A program made the position numbers and the translations under genes. Of a stretch of 64,000 bases of DNA, positions 13,301-23,749 are shown in pieces. The stretch is from Schmidtea nova (lineage: Eukaryota): assembly GCA_044892505.1 (NCBI GenBank), contig CM097882.1, forward strand, positions 209,870,001-209,934,000, given 5' to 3'. The notes under the pieces are model-generated. The model was not told where the DNA came from. It did no database searches and worked only from the letters and a program-made list of their open reading frames with translations. The first letter of the stretch is position 1, and each line of letters begins with the position of its first letter.

Positions 13301-16300
13301 TTCGTCTTCGGGTTCGTTTAATATGTCTCCTGCTAGGCTACTGATATCACTATCTTCTTCCTCATCGGAAAACTCTCTGGTGGTATTTCTTAACATATTA
13401 ATATGTGCTATTTGGTTCGTTTCCTCTTGTATATTTTCCGTTGGTTTCGTTTTGTTATTGCTAATTTCTGGTGTTTGTTCACTCTTGTCCTCTATTACTT
13501 CGACTTTTCTCATTTTCTTCTCCAACTCGTCTATTTCTTTCAAACGTCTTCGTATCATCTTTCCTTTGAATATCCGACTGATTCGGGTTTCGTGACGTAT
13601 TGGTGGTGGAATTTTTCCTGGTTCTATTTCTTTGATAACCATCACGTTTCTTTTTGTTTCTACTACTCCCATGTTTTCCCATATATCCGTTAATTTCAAC
13701 TTTACTTCTGGCGCACCGTCTATTTGTAGGAACGCTTCTCTGGGCAGTTTTGTTACTCCTGGAACCATTTGGTTTACTTTGTTAAACAGTATTGCCACCT
13801 CTTCTTTTGCGTTATATTGGAATCGAAACATATGGTTGTTGGGCATGATTACCATCATTCCTTTTTTCCAAATTTTCCTTCTCTCTTCCTGGTTTATCTC
13901 AGTTTCTACTTCCTTTTCTATTTCTTTTCCCACTTCCTCATCTTTTTGTACTATTTCTTTTAGACTTTCGTTGTTGGTTGGATTCGGATTTATTTCTAAT
14001 GTGGTTTCTTTCTCGTGGGTATCTGTTTGATTTGTTGCTCTTAGCATGTTTATTCTTAAAGGTTGTCGCTCTCTTTCTTGCTGTTTTTGTTCATCTTCTC
14101 TTTGTATTCTTGCCCATTCCTGAGCGTGTCGTGCTTGACTTTCTCGATTCAACCGTTCGTTTTCGCTTTCTATCTTTCTCATCATGTTGATTTGCTGTGG
14201 ATTGGTTTGCGGATTTCCTCTCGTCGTGTTGTTTATAAGTTCCGTCAACCTTTGGACTTCTTACATCAAATGTATTTCCTTGGTGGTAGTTTTGTTCTGA
14301 CTATTGTTATTATTGACTTGTTGGTTTCCATAATCTTGTCGGTTTACGGTATTTGTTTGGTTTCCGTAATTTTGCCGGTTTCCATTATTCTGCCAGTTTC
14401 CTCGCTGATTACTTTTTTGTCCGCAATTTCTTGAGTAGTGACCAGGTCGTCCGCAATTAAAACAGGTTATCGTAGAACATCTACTCTCCGAGTGTCCTTT
14501 AACCCCACATTTTCCGCAATTCAAATTTTAATAACATTCCTGCTGCCAATGTCCCAACTTTCCACATGTTTTGCATTGTTTTGTTTGTCCTTGAGGGTTG
14601 TAATTGTTTTGGTTTCCATAGTTCTGCACTTTATTTCCTTCATTCCTTCGTTGAGGGGGTGGTCGGTTTAATTGTTGCGAATTTGGAATGTGATTGTTGA
14701 GATTTACTTCTGGTTCGGTTTGTGCTGTGTCCATGGCTAAATAAATTCTGCCCTCACTTCCTATCATATGCAATTCGAATCTGTTAGCTGTTTCTAACGC
14801 TTGATCTATGGTTTTGCATCCTTGGCATCCAACTTGCGCTCTTATGTCAGGTCTTCTTAATCCTCCTATGAAGATGGCTGCCATTAGTTCCTCGTTTATT
14901 GGACTCCCATCCTTAAATACCGATTTTGCTAATTTTTTCAGTTCGCTTGCGTATACCGCGTTAGACTCATTCATCTTTTGTTTTCTCATCGAAAATTCTA
15001 TGAATGCTTCGCTTAGCACTTTATTTTTTCCAAATGTTTGTTGGAAAAAGTCCTTTATCGCTGGCCAGTTTGCAGGTGGATTGGTACCATTTTTCGCTTC
15101 CAAATATAGGTCCAATGCACTATCTTTCAAATATAGCTGAATTCTGCTTACCGTTGTTTCAGCTTTCCATTTGCATACTTCCACGAATATGCCAAATTCC
15201 TTTAAAAAGGTTTCTAATTTACTTGCATCTCCGTTAAACGGTTCTCCTGAAAATTTATCCTTTATTTCTTCTCTTGGTTCACCCATTTCAATTCCGCTGT
15301 CTTGAGTTATTTTACTTTCGTTTCCTCTTGTTTCTAGTTCGTTGTTATGTTCGTCTTCTGTTTCACTCGAGCTTGAATCGCTTTCTGTTTCTCTTACTAC
15401 TTCGTTATCCGATATTATATTTTCGTTATCACTCTCGTTGGTTTCTACTTCTGGTTCTACCTCGTTTTCTACTTCTTCGATATTATCGTTGTTAGTTTGG
15501 TCGATTTCTCCTTCTTGTTCTATCTCGTGTTCTATTTCTTCGATATTTTCGTTGCTAGTTTCGTCGATTTCTATTTCACTTGTTTGGTTTTCCTTGGGTT
15601 CCGCTTGGGTTTCCTTATTACTTGAGCTGTTGCTTACTACCGACAATTTATCGTTTTCGATAATTGATTTATCTCTTATTATTTTCCTCGCTTTACTCCC
15701 TTGTGGGTTTTTGTGGTTATCTTTGCCGGCTTTCTGCTTTTTCGCTGATTTTGTTATAGTACTAGTTTTGTCTTTTTTGTTAATATCGCTGCTGACTTTC
15801 TTTTCTGTTGCCTTTATTACGACACTCTTTGCTCCTTTTCTCAACGGGATTACTTTTGTATACTCAATTTTCCTGTCCTATCTCTTATCGTTTTCTGATT
15901 CTTCTTGTTTGATTGATTGATTTGATTGATTTGTATATCTAAAATACAAAGGTCCTCAACGATACATTATTGTTATCGTCGCGCTTTTATTCCCTTTCTT
16001 TCGGGATTACTTATTACTGGGTTTTCATTATTTCCCAATTCCCAGATTCCCCTTTATTTTTAGTCTATTTAATTTATCTATAGACTGGTCACAATTATCT
16101 ATTTATGTCGTAATAATTATCTATACTTTATAAATCAATTACTTTTCCCACAGTTTCCCAACTATTGGTCGCTCGAGCGCTCTAATTCCCTGAGTCTTTC
16201 TGACTCGTTTATCATTATTTTATCATCTCTATTCATTACTCATTGCTAGCTATCGTTTTACCTAGTCTGCCGGTTTCTCCGGTCAGCTCCAATTTTTATT

Positions 16301-16455
16301 ATTCTCCTTGCATGCTTTACTTCAGGTTGCATAATCAGCTTTACTCGCATTTCTTAACTATTAGTGCGCACTACTCTAAATCTCGTCGAAGATCACAACT
16401 ATGGGCCTATATTCCCTCTGTTACTAATTATCCGGATATCTCTATAATTCTCTAT

Positions 16456-16810
16456 GGCTCTTTTGGCCTCAATTTTAATATCTCACATGGCTCTATTGGC
16501 CTCAATTTTAATATCTCACATGGCTCTATTGGCCTTAATTTAATATCTCACATGGCTCTATTGGCCCCAATTTAATCCCTCATATGGCTCTATTGGCCTC
16601 AATTTAATATCTCAACTGGCTCTACTGGCCTCAATTTAATCTCTCATATGGCTCTATTGGCCTCAATTTAATATCTCAACTGGCTTTACTGGCCTCAATT
16701 TAATCTCTCATATGGCTCTATTGGCCTCAATTTAATATCTCAACTGGCTTTACTGGCCTCAATTTAATCTCTCATATGGCTCTATTGGCCTCAATTTAAT
16801 ATCTCTCCAT
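16456..16810. repeat. Tandem array, about 11 copies of a 32-33-bp unit in the 5' leader of element A
   Basis: Unit GGCTCTATTGGCCTCAATTTAATCTCTCATAT, read directly, with variants. Confidence 0.95.
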
Positions 16811-16849
16811 AACGCCTAGCTAGGTCATTCTATATGGCTCATTGGCCTC

Positions 16850-16944
16850 AACCCTTTGTTTCAAGGGACAAACCGCTAATAACCCTTTGTTTCAAGGGAC
16901 AAACCTCGTATAACCCTTTGTTTCAAGGGACAAACCTCGTATAA
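16850..16944. repeat. Three 31-bp tandem copies containing a CCCTT/AAGGG hairpin
   Basis: AACCCTTTGTTTCAAGGGACAAACC x3, starting at 16850, 16881 and 16912. Confidence 0.9.
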
Positions 16945-17406
16945 CTTTACTTAACCGGTTAATCGCAATTCCTAACTTCGCTAGCGACTTAAATTTCTCA
17001 GCTGAGTTATAACTACTTCTATGCGAGCTGATTATGCACCTTTTTATACCGTCATTCATTTTCTATTTTTTCGTAACTATTTTCTGATCAGTCTGCTTCA
17101 ATATTTTATTAATTTTTCTATGCGCGCCTTACTCCATCAAGAGTTCCCTATTTCTCTCCCCAACCAAAATATACCAAAAAGATCGCGTTGGTCTATTAAT
17201 GTGGGATGTGGTGATCAGTCACATCACAAAAACTTTCCAACATTTGCGATGGGCCCCTTTCTATATGCTCTGAATGGGTTGATCAATCGGTGCCTCCCAG
17301 TGGATTCTTACCGGACTACTTTGTAGTAGCTCAAAAATTATTTAAATACAATGATTGTTCCCATGATTCACCATTCGACATTTTACTAATCAACTCTAAA
17401 CATTTA

Positions 17407-17868
17407 TTACAAATAAACTATAATTTTTTCATTCACAGTAAAGTTGCACATCGGACACCGGTCACACTTGCTGGCACAGATCTTACAAAAACGGAAATGT
17501 CCGCAAGGTAAAAACATAATTTGTATCTCGTTGTTTTCACATATATAGCACTGTCGGTATTTTTTCGCTGCTTCTACCCCTTACGCCCTCCATCGATTGT
17601 ATGTTGGTGTTAATTGTTGTTCTATTTGTCTGCATCTAATGTTTAGCTCCGCATTCTCTAGTCGTGCTCTGTACCATTTGTAGCGGGTTTTTATGTCGAT
17701 TTTACTTGTTCTTTCCGTTATCTTTATTAATTCATCTGTTTCCTCGGTCTGTGTTGTAGGTTCTTGAAATTCAATTTCTCTAAATCGGTTTATTTTCTTG
17801 CCAATTGTTGCTAATGTTTCGCTTTCTGTGTTGAGAAATTCTTCGATTTCTTTCAGTTTTTCCTCCAT
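17407..17868 (-). pseudogene. IAP-type C3HC4 RING protein of element A, interrupted by an in-frame TAA at 17581-17583
   Basis: Translation past the stop gives GVEAAKKYRQCYICENNEIQIMFLPCGHFRFCKICASKCDRCPMCNFTVNEKIIVYL*, homologous to 36915-37373. Confidence 0.88.
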
Positions 17869-18226
17869 TTGCTGAATAAATAATCGTTTTAACTTTGTTG
17901 TTTTTATCATTTTTAAAGTAGTAATATGTCTCGTTTTGTGTCTTTTAATATTTATTTAAAGTATTAATATGTTTCGTTTTGCATCTTTTAATATTTATTT
18001 ACTCTCCCCGTGTTTCCGAAAATTGTCGTCCCGACAAATTATTTATGCATGCATTTGATTTTTATAACTTTACTTTTATTTGCTGTTGTGTTTGTTGTTT
18101 ATTTTTGTACATAATTTAGATTTAATTACAAATTTTCTGTTTTTATTAAATTTATTCCCACGACACGAGCACTTTAAACTTCTCTGCAGATTTTGCATTC
18201 ACATTTTTCCGATAAAACGAAGCTAA

Positions 18227-18244
18227 ATCCCGGCTGAGCCCCCA
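18227..18244 (-). promoter_or_regulatory. Primer-binding site of element A (tRNA-Pro type)
   Basis: Minus strand TGGGGGCTCAGCCGGGAT, identical to B's PBS; differs at 2 nt from the known tRNA-Pro PBS TGGGGGCTCGTCCGGGAT. Confidence 0.85.
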
Positions 18245-18730
18245 AATTTATGCTGGGTTCATGGACGGTGTAGTAAACATTCAAATGATTGCCAGGGATC
18301 TCCCATCCATGATCATGCATAAATAGTCGTAAGCTACACTCGAGCGCCCTTGATTATTTCCCTTGATAACCAAGTTGGTGATGCGCAGGGTGGTTAAACA
18401 ATGAGGGGCAGGTGAGCACTATTGCTAGGACTACTCCCCCTTTATGTTTACGGGTTCACGCGGCCGTAGAAGGACTTACGCAATTATTGTTCTATTGTGT
18501 GTGTGTGATGTTATGTATTTATCATAAAAAAAAACAAGCAAACCGAAACTACGAATTCGATAATGTTTACATTCTTTATCGCTACTCCTTTCGTTGTGTG
18601 ACGGGTAATTTAAATTTAGTTATATGAATTATGTAATCGAAGGAAATACTTAGGAAATAACAACAACAAAACAAAACGAGCAAAGATTTAATTAGCTCCA
18701 AAATCTGACATCATATTATGATTCTATCTG

Positions 18731-19321
18731 CTACAGAAATTCTTTGAAAATTCCTTCAGGAGGGAATATCTCTGACAACCACTCGGCTTCCGACATTTCC
18801 GCCATAGTGGTTATTTGTGTTTGCAGCTGCTGAGAGAACAGCTTTCTTTGGCGACGGCGCTTGGAACCGATTCGCTTTCGCTTGTTCGTTTTCCCGACGG
18901 GGTTTGGCGTAATAGTGGCTTCCACCCGGCTCTGCACTGTGGTTGCCTCGAGCCCATTGGTATCCGTACTGACCGAGCAGGCCACTTTCTGTTCTCCTAC
19001 CCATTTCTGGTAGGTGATGGGTCGGATTTGTGCTTTCAATTCGGACTCGATAAACGAAGTCGTCACCGAATGGAGACATCGGCGCAACTCAATTTTTGTT
19101 GCTTCCCACTCGGTGCGATAATCGTCAGCTGTCTTTTGGGCCCTTTCCGTCCGACTCATCTGCTCCTTCATACGGGCTGGGGCGAACCAGCTGGTCCGTA
19201 AATACTGAATCTGAGCTTCTGCCTTGGCTCGTAATGCTTTTTCCTGTATTAGCTCTTTTTCTAAGGCTCGGCGGATTCTCCACGCCTTATCCAATTCTCG
19301 CTGTTGGCTAGTTTCCGTCAT
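18731..19321 (-). CDS. LTR-encoded coiled-coil protein with Arg-rich motif (homolog of 35404-35967); likely start MTET at 19321
   Basis: MTETSQQ...WFAPARMK...KRKRIGSKRRRQRK aligns with MTETKDR...WFNPERVK...KRRNRLGAKKRRERR. Confidence 0.7.
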   Translation of the reverse strand: MTETSQQRELDKAWRIRRALEKELIQEKALRAKAEAQIQYLRTSWFAPARMKEQMSRTERAQKTADDYRTEWEATKIELRRCLHSVTTSFIESELKAQIRPITYQKWVGEQKVACSVSTDTNGLEATTVQSRVEATITPNPVGKTNKRKRIGSKRRRQRKLFSQQLQTQITTMAEMSEAEWLSEIFPPEGIFKEFL

Positions 19322-19504
19322 ACTAAATAACAAACCCATTTTATGATGCAGCAATTATGTTACCAACGATTAATATTATCCGTCGAGTGTAAAAATTATA
19401 TGATTAAATAAATAGAAATAAATTTAACTAAGAACAAGCAAAACACAGATCAACACCATTTAATTTATAGAAACATTTAGTTCATAGTAATGTGAATAGA
19501 ATTT

Positions 19505-20005
19505 TTAGTGGAAAACGCTTCGCTTGAGGCCGTGAACGGGGGTAATATGCAACCCGTGATTGACTGGATCTCGTCGGATGTGAGCCATCGAACAGTTTAG
19601 TTTGGGACGTCCATGGTCCGCTTTCGGCAAGTGGTTCGGAATCAAACCGAATTGAAGCAGCATGTGGGGCGAGACGTATCCCCAGTGGATTACGGTCGTT
19701 GGGTTGCCTGCGATGTCCGTCAACACTATGATGAATCGAGCTGTCGTTTCGGGGTCTCTTTTGTCTGAATTTTCCCATCCGGGGCCTCCTCGATATATGA
19801 TGGTATCTAATCCACCGGTCCAAATCGAAAATGGACATTTTTTCCCAAGTTCCCGTCTCCACTTATACATCAACGCATTTAGCGTTCTTAGAAGTTCCTG
19901 TGGAAGCGACTTCAATTTCTTCTGTTGCGTCCAGATTAGAGGATTTTCGACCAGTGCCACATGACGTTGGGTTGTTAGAAATTCGTCCAGTATTGTTGAT
20001 TTCAT
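19505..20005 (-). CDS. LTR-encoded protein of unknown function (probable homolog of 34580-35215)
   Basis: Shared pattern W..C.F.I..G..W....P.T.R.....D...P..I.......L.Q.G and the same position in the LTR. Confidence 0.6.
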   Translation of the reverse strand: MKSTILDEFLTTQRHVALVENPLIWTQQKKLKSLPQELLRTLNALMYKWRRELGKKCPFSIWTGGLDTIIYRGGPGWENSDKRDPETTARFIIVLTDIAGNPTTVIHWGYVSPHMLLQFGLIPNHLPKADHGRPKLNCSMAHIRRDPVNHGLHITPVHGLKRSVFH

Positions 20006-22398
20006 CTGAGAAAATAATAATGCTAATAGAATTTACTGTGACAAATCCGCAAATTTTTTGTGAGACCTGATGAAATGTGTTCCTCTCGTTGATCAACAAA
20101 ACAAAAAAAAATATGAAAAGGAGGAATAAAAAAAATATTTTCTAAACTATTCAATTTACACCGTCGCTATATACAGCGATCGGAATACATTTATTAAAAA
20201 TTTACATATTATCACCTGCGCTATTTACAGCGATCAAGCTACGGTTTTACTTATTCAATCAGTAGTCAATCTGATTATGTTGTTATTTATATCCTAATTA
20301 ACTATCGTTGAAATGTCGAAATCGTCTCGGTGTGTCCGGACATTATTTCGATCAGCTATGTGGATTCGAAAAAATCGTGTGCCTATGCGAAATCGATTTA
20401 GTTGACATGATAATTGATACTGTAGTTTATTCTCTCCTGTCTAATCGACCGTTAATTAACAAAGGTTAAACACTGTCTACTAATTTTACCCGTGTCTTTG
20501 TCCCCGTACAACTTTACCGTAAAGTTAAACCTCTGATAAAAATAAAATTAAATAAAAATATCAATAAAACTCTGCTCACCATCTTGTGGAACGGTGAAAT
20601 CCCACATTTACGGCTTACTCCCTCGCAGCGTGAGCTACTGAGGAAGTATATTTATCATATCATAAACTAATAGCATAAGAAAATAGAGCAATTAATAGTA
20701 ATAAATTATATTAAATGAAATGAATGGGAATCATGTAAAACATATCATAAAATTAGTTCAAATACAATACAACAAAATTTACTCTTTAAATCCAAGATGC
20801 AGCGTTTCCAAAATTTTACACAATATTTGTCGTATCAAAGTTGATGTAACTGACTGTTATAGATCAGGTCGGTAGCTAAGTTTTTAGGTGGTGTCTTTAT
20901 AATTTTTTGGATTGGTATTTATACTGATCCAGTTGGTCAGATTGACCAATCAGGATCCGTCCATCAAAGTAATTTTGTTATTTTATTTTAATATAAACCA
21001 TTTTAAATTTCCGGTTCAGATTTCTCGCTGGGTGGTCCCGATTTTTTCAAGTAATTAACCAATTAATTGTACTTTTATTTGATTTTATTTGTAATTTTCT
21101 TATTTCAGACCCCCATACTGCTCGTTCCCGTGTCAATTTGATTTTCTTACTTTGCTGGAAATTTAGTAATTATTATTCATTATTTTATTTTAATTTTTAA
21201 TTTAGGTTTTTCGAATGTTTTTGTGGTTATTATTTGTATTTATTGTTTAAATTAGTACAATATTTTTGTCTTTTTAGACCAATTGGTGGGCCCAACAGAA
21301 GATACATGATTGACGATATGCGTTACGGGACGAAAATGGAAGATTGATTCAAAAGAATGTAGAGAAGATGAAAAAAATTCTTAAAGAAGGGGGATGTGAG
21401 GATATTTAGACATGGTTATTAGCGAGCATTAAAATTAAAATTAAATAATTATTTGGAGATAGTTAAAATAAGTTTTAAATGTGTTATTAAAAATTTTATA
21501 TTTAATATAATAATATTTTAAGTAAATTTCATAAAATAATTTTATATTAAAATAGTTTAATTTAATTTAAAAAGTTTAATCTTTAAAAAAAAATAATAAA
21601 TATGAATAAAATTTTATGTTTTAAATAAAAATGCTCGTTTTTGAATTTGTTTAAATGTTCTCAAATAGACAAAGATTTTTCTTGAAATAAATATTTTGGA
21701 TGACTTTAGAATTTGAACTAACCGAAGATGTTTTAACAGCATCTAACAATATTATTATGGAAATTTTTGATATAAATAAAACGAGATCAAAGGTAAAACA
21801 AAAGGATAATTATGAGAAAAATTTGTAATTTGGTTATTTCAGCATTTGTTTCTGTTATTCTAAGTACGGATTGAAGACAAATTGTTGCAACATAGGATGT
21901 GGCTAGCCAAGCAAAGCAGCTAATCTTAAAATCATTGATAAGTGCATCTATCGCGCATGATTCGTGGATAAGTGAAATAAATGTATAGTAGGTTGTTAAT
22001 CCTACAATTCCCATCATCATCTCCCAAAAATATTCAAAAAAAATTATAATGCCATTACTCAAAAATTTCAGTTAAGTTCTTTATATTTTATGTTACATCA
22101 AACATTATACAAAACTGGGAGAATTCCCTTATTTTGAAAAATATTTTTCTGAGTTATGTATGTATACATACATGTTTCTACTTTAGTTTTCTAGAAGATA
22201 TAAATGGTGTCGGATGTGCTTCTGTATAATAGGTTAAAGTGTGTAGTTCACTGTAGTGTATAATATATTATTATATGTAAAACTTTGCTGTTATTTAATT
22301 AATTATATTCAGTTAATTTTAATCAATTGGTTAATCAAATTCTCTGAAAATTAAAATTTTTTAAGTTATAAAATTCTTTTTTACAGTTTGTTACTGAA

Positions 22399-23250
22399 AT
22401 GGCCAGAAAATTAGGAACCAAGCGCAAGGGAATTTCACTAGAGCTAAAAATCAAAGTTTTAGACAACCTAGAACAAGGTTTAAGTCCTACAAGAGTTGGT
22501 AAGCAATTTAGCCTCAGAGAATAGACAGTGAAAAAGGAAAATTCTATCAGCCAGTTCGTAATATCTGGTAAAAAAGTAGCTGCATCAACATCGCCGTATT
22601 GTAGAAATACTAGTGTAGAAAAAAATGATATATCTCAGCAATATGGATTGAGGATCTCAATCAAAAAAGGATGCCTGTTTACACAGCGACGAATAAAAAG
22701 CCATTCGTATTTGCAATCAAATTTTCCATCAAGAACCATCAATTTCGTCTTCTGCACAACAGAAGAAAAATGAATTTATGGTAGCGGAAGGTGGTTTTCT
22801 AAATTCCTATTCTGACATGGATTTCATGATTTGATAACCAAAGTAAAAATTTCATCTGCAGACGTAAAAGCTGCAGAAGATTATCTTCCAAAACTGGCAA
22901 AAAATATAGAAGGTGGTTACACACTCGACCAAGTATTCAACGTAGATGAAACCGGGCATTTCTGGAAATGACTGCCAACCCGGACGTGCGTATCTAAAAC
23001 TCTGAAATCTATAGGGATTTTTAAAGTAGCAAAGGAGCGTGTAACATTTTAAGTATGCAGTAATGTTTCCGGAGATCGAATGCTTAAACCTCTTCTCGTA
23101 AACAAAAACCTCAGGCCAAGAGCACTTAAAGGCAAGGATTTAATGAAATTGGGTTGCAAATAAAGAAGTGTTGGTAACTGCAGTTATATTCCAAAATTGG
23201 TTCGAGAAATGTTTTGTACCAAAAGTAAAGTGGTATTCGAATGAAAAGAA
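22399..23250 (+). pseudogene. Tigger/pogo (CENP-B-like) transposase relic
   Basis: MARKLGTKRKGISLELKIKVLDNLEQG (HTH) and GYTLDQVFNVDETGHFWK*LPTRT (DDE start); many stops and frameshifts. Confidence 0.85.
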
Positions 23251-23749
23251 GCAGACCTAAAAAAGAGGTAAAAGAGTCTAATTAACTTACAATTTTTAAT
23301 TTCAAGAAAGAAAAGTCAGTATCACCAACAATAATGTCAATCTTACTATTAAAAGTTCTCTATATTTCTGCAATTCAAGATATTGAAGTTTATACATGCA
23401 TAGTTTAAATAGATCTAGAAGCAATTGACCGGTATAACTAGGCCTATATAAACAAACCAAATCTTTATTCAGATGAACTGCAATCAGATTGTCATCAATT
23501 TTGATTCTTTTTTTCTTTAGACTCCTTCCTTACCTTTGAATTTTCTTTTTTTGCTTAGACCAAACTGGTGATTGTGCCAAATTGCTCCTCTTTTATATAG
23601 TGACTTTGTCACTGAATCCTGTCGCGCCTTAATTTAATTTATAAATTCTGAGCAAAGATAAACGAATTGTTTTGACTCCCTTATCATGTTTGCCACTTAA
23701 TTTTACCTTCTTTTGTTTTGGGAAATTGGATTTGCCGATTTTCCTGAGG

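Larger units (their letters stand above)
1..15286 (-). pseudogene. Disrupted Gag-Env-Pol-Ank-FN3 polyprotein of element A
   Basis: ORF pieces 14528-15844, 14261-14524, 8627-14248, 5586-8669, 3935-5638, 2813-3829, 1026-2777 and the open frame 1025->1 join up against the intact B protein. In-frame stops at 14528, 14261, 5645, 3935 and 1026; single-base frameshifts near 8705, 5669 and 2840. Confidence 0.92.
1..21297 (-). mobile_element. Giant Ty3/Gypsy LTR retroelement A (decayed sister of element B); 3' part lies outside the window
   Basis: Minus-strand gag, env-like, PR (IDTGA), RT (YIDD), RNase H, integrase, ankyrin and FN3-like segments, collinear with element B. Same PBS and 6-nt spacer as B. 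LTR terminus TGTTGGGCCCACCAATT resembles B's TGTTGGGTCAGCCAAAT. Confidence 0.93.
18251..21297 (-). repeat. 5' LTR of element A (about 3,047 bp)
   Basis: Ends ...CCCAGCA 6 nt before the PBS, as in B. Starts TGTTGGG at 21297 and carries homologs of B's two LTR ORFs. The partner LTR is outside the window, so the outer boundary rests on homology to B. Confidence 0.75.

Noticed and set aside
58-15920. Dozens of plus-strand ORFs rich in F/L/S/C opposite element A (and minus-strand ones opposite B)
   Set aside because: Antisense shadows of an A-rich coding strand; no motifs, and not conserved between A and B.
21787-22062. 91-aa hydrophobic ORF as a host receptor exon
   Set aside because: Short, in very AT-rich DNA where hydrophobic ORFs arise by chance; no recognisable motif or supported splice structure.
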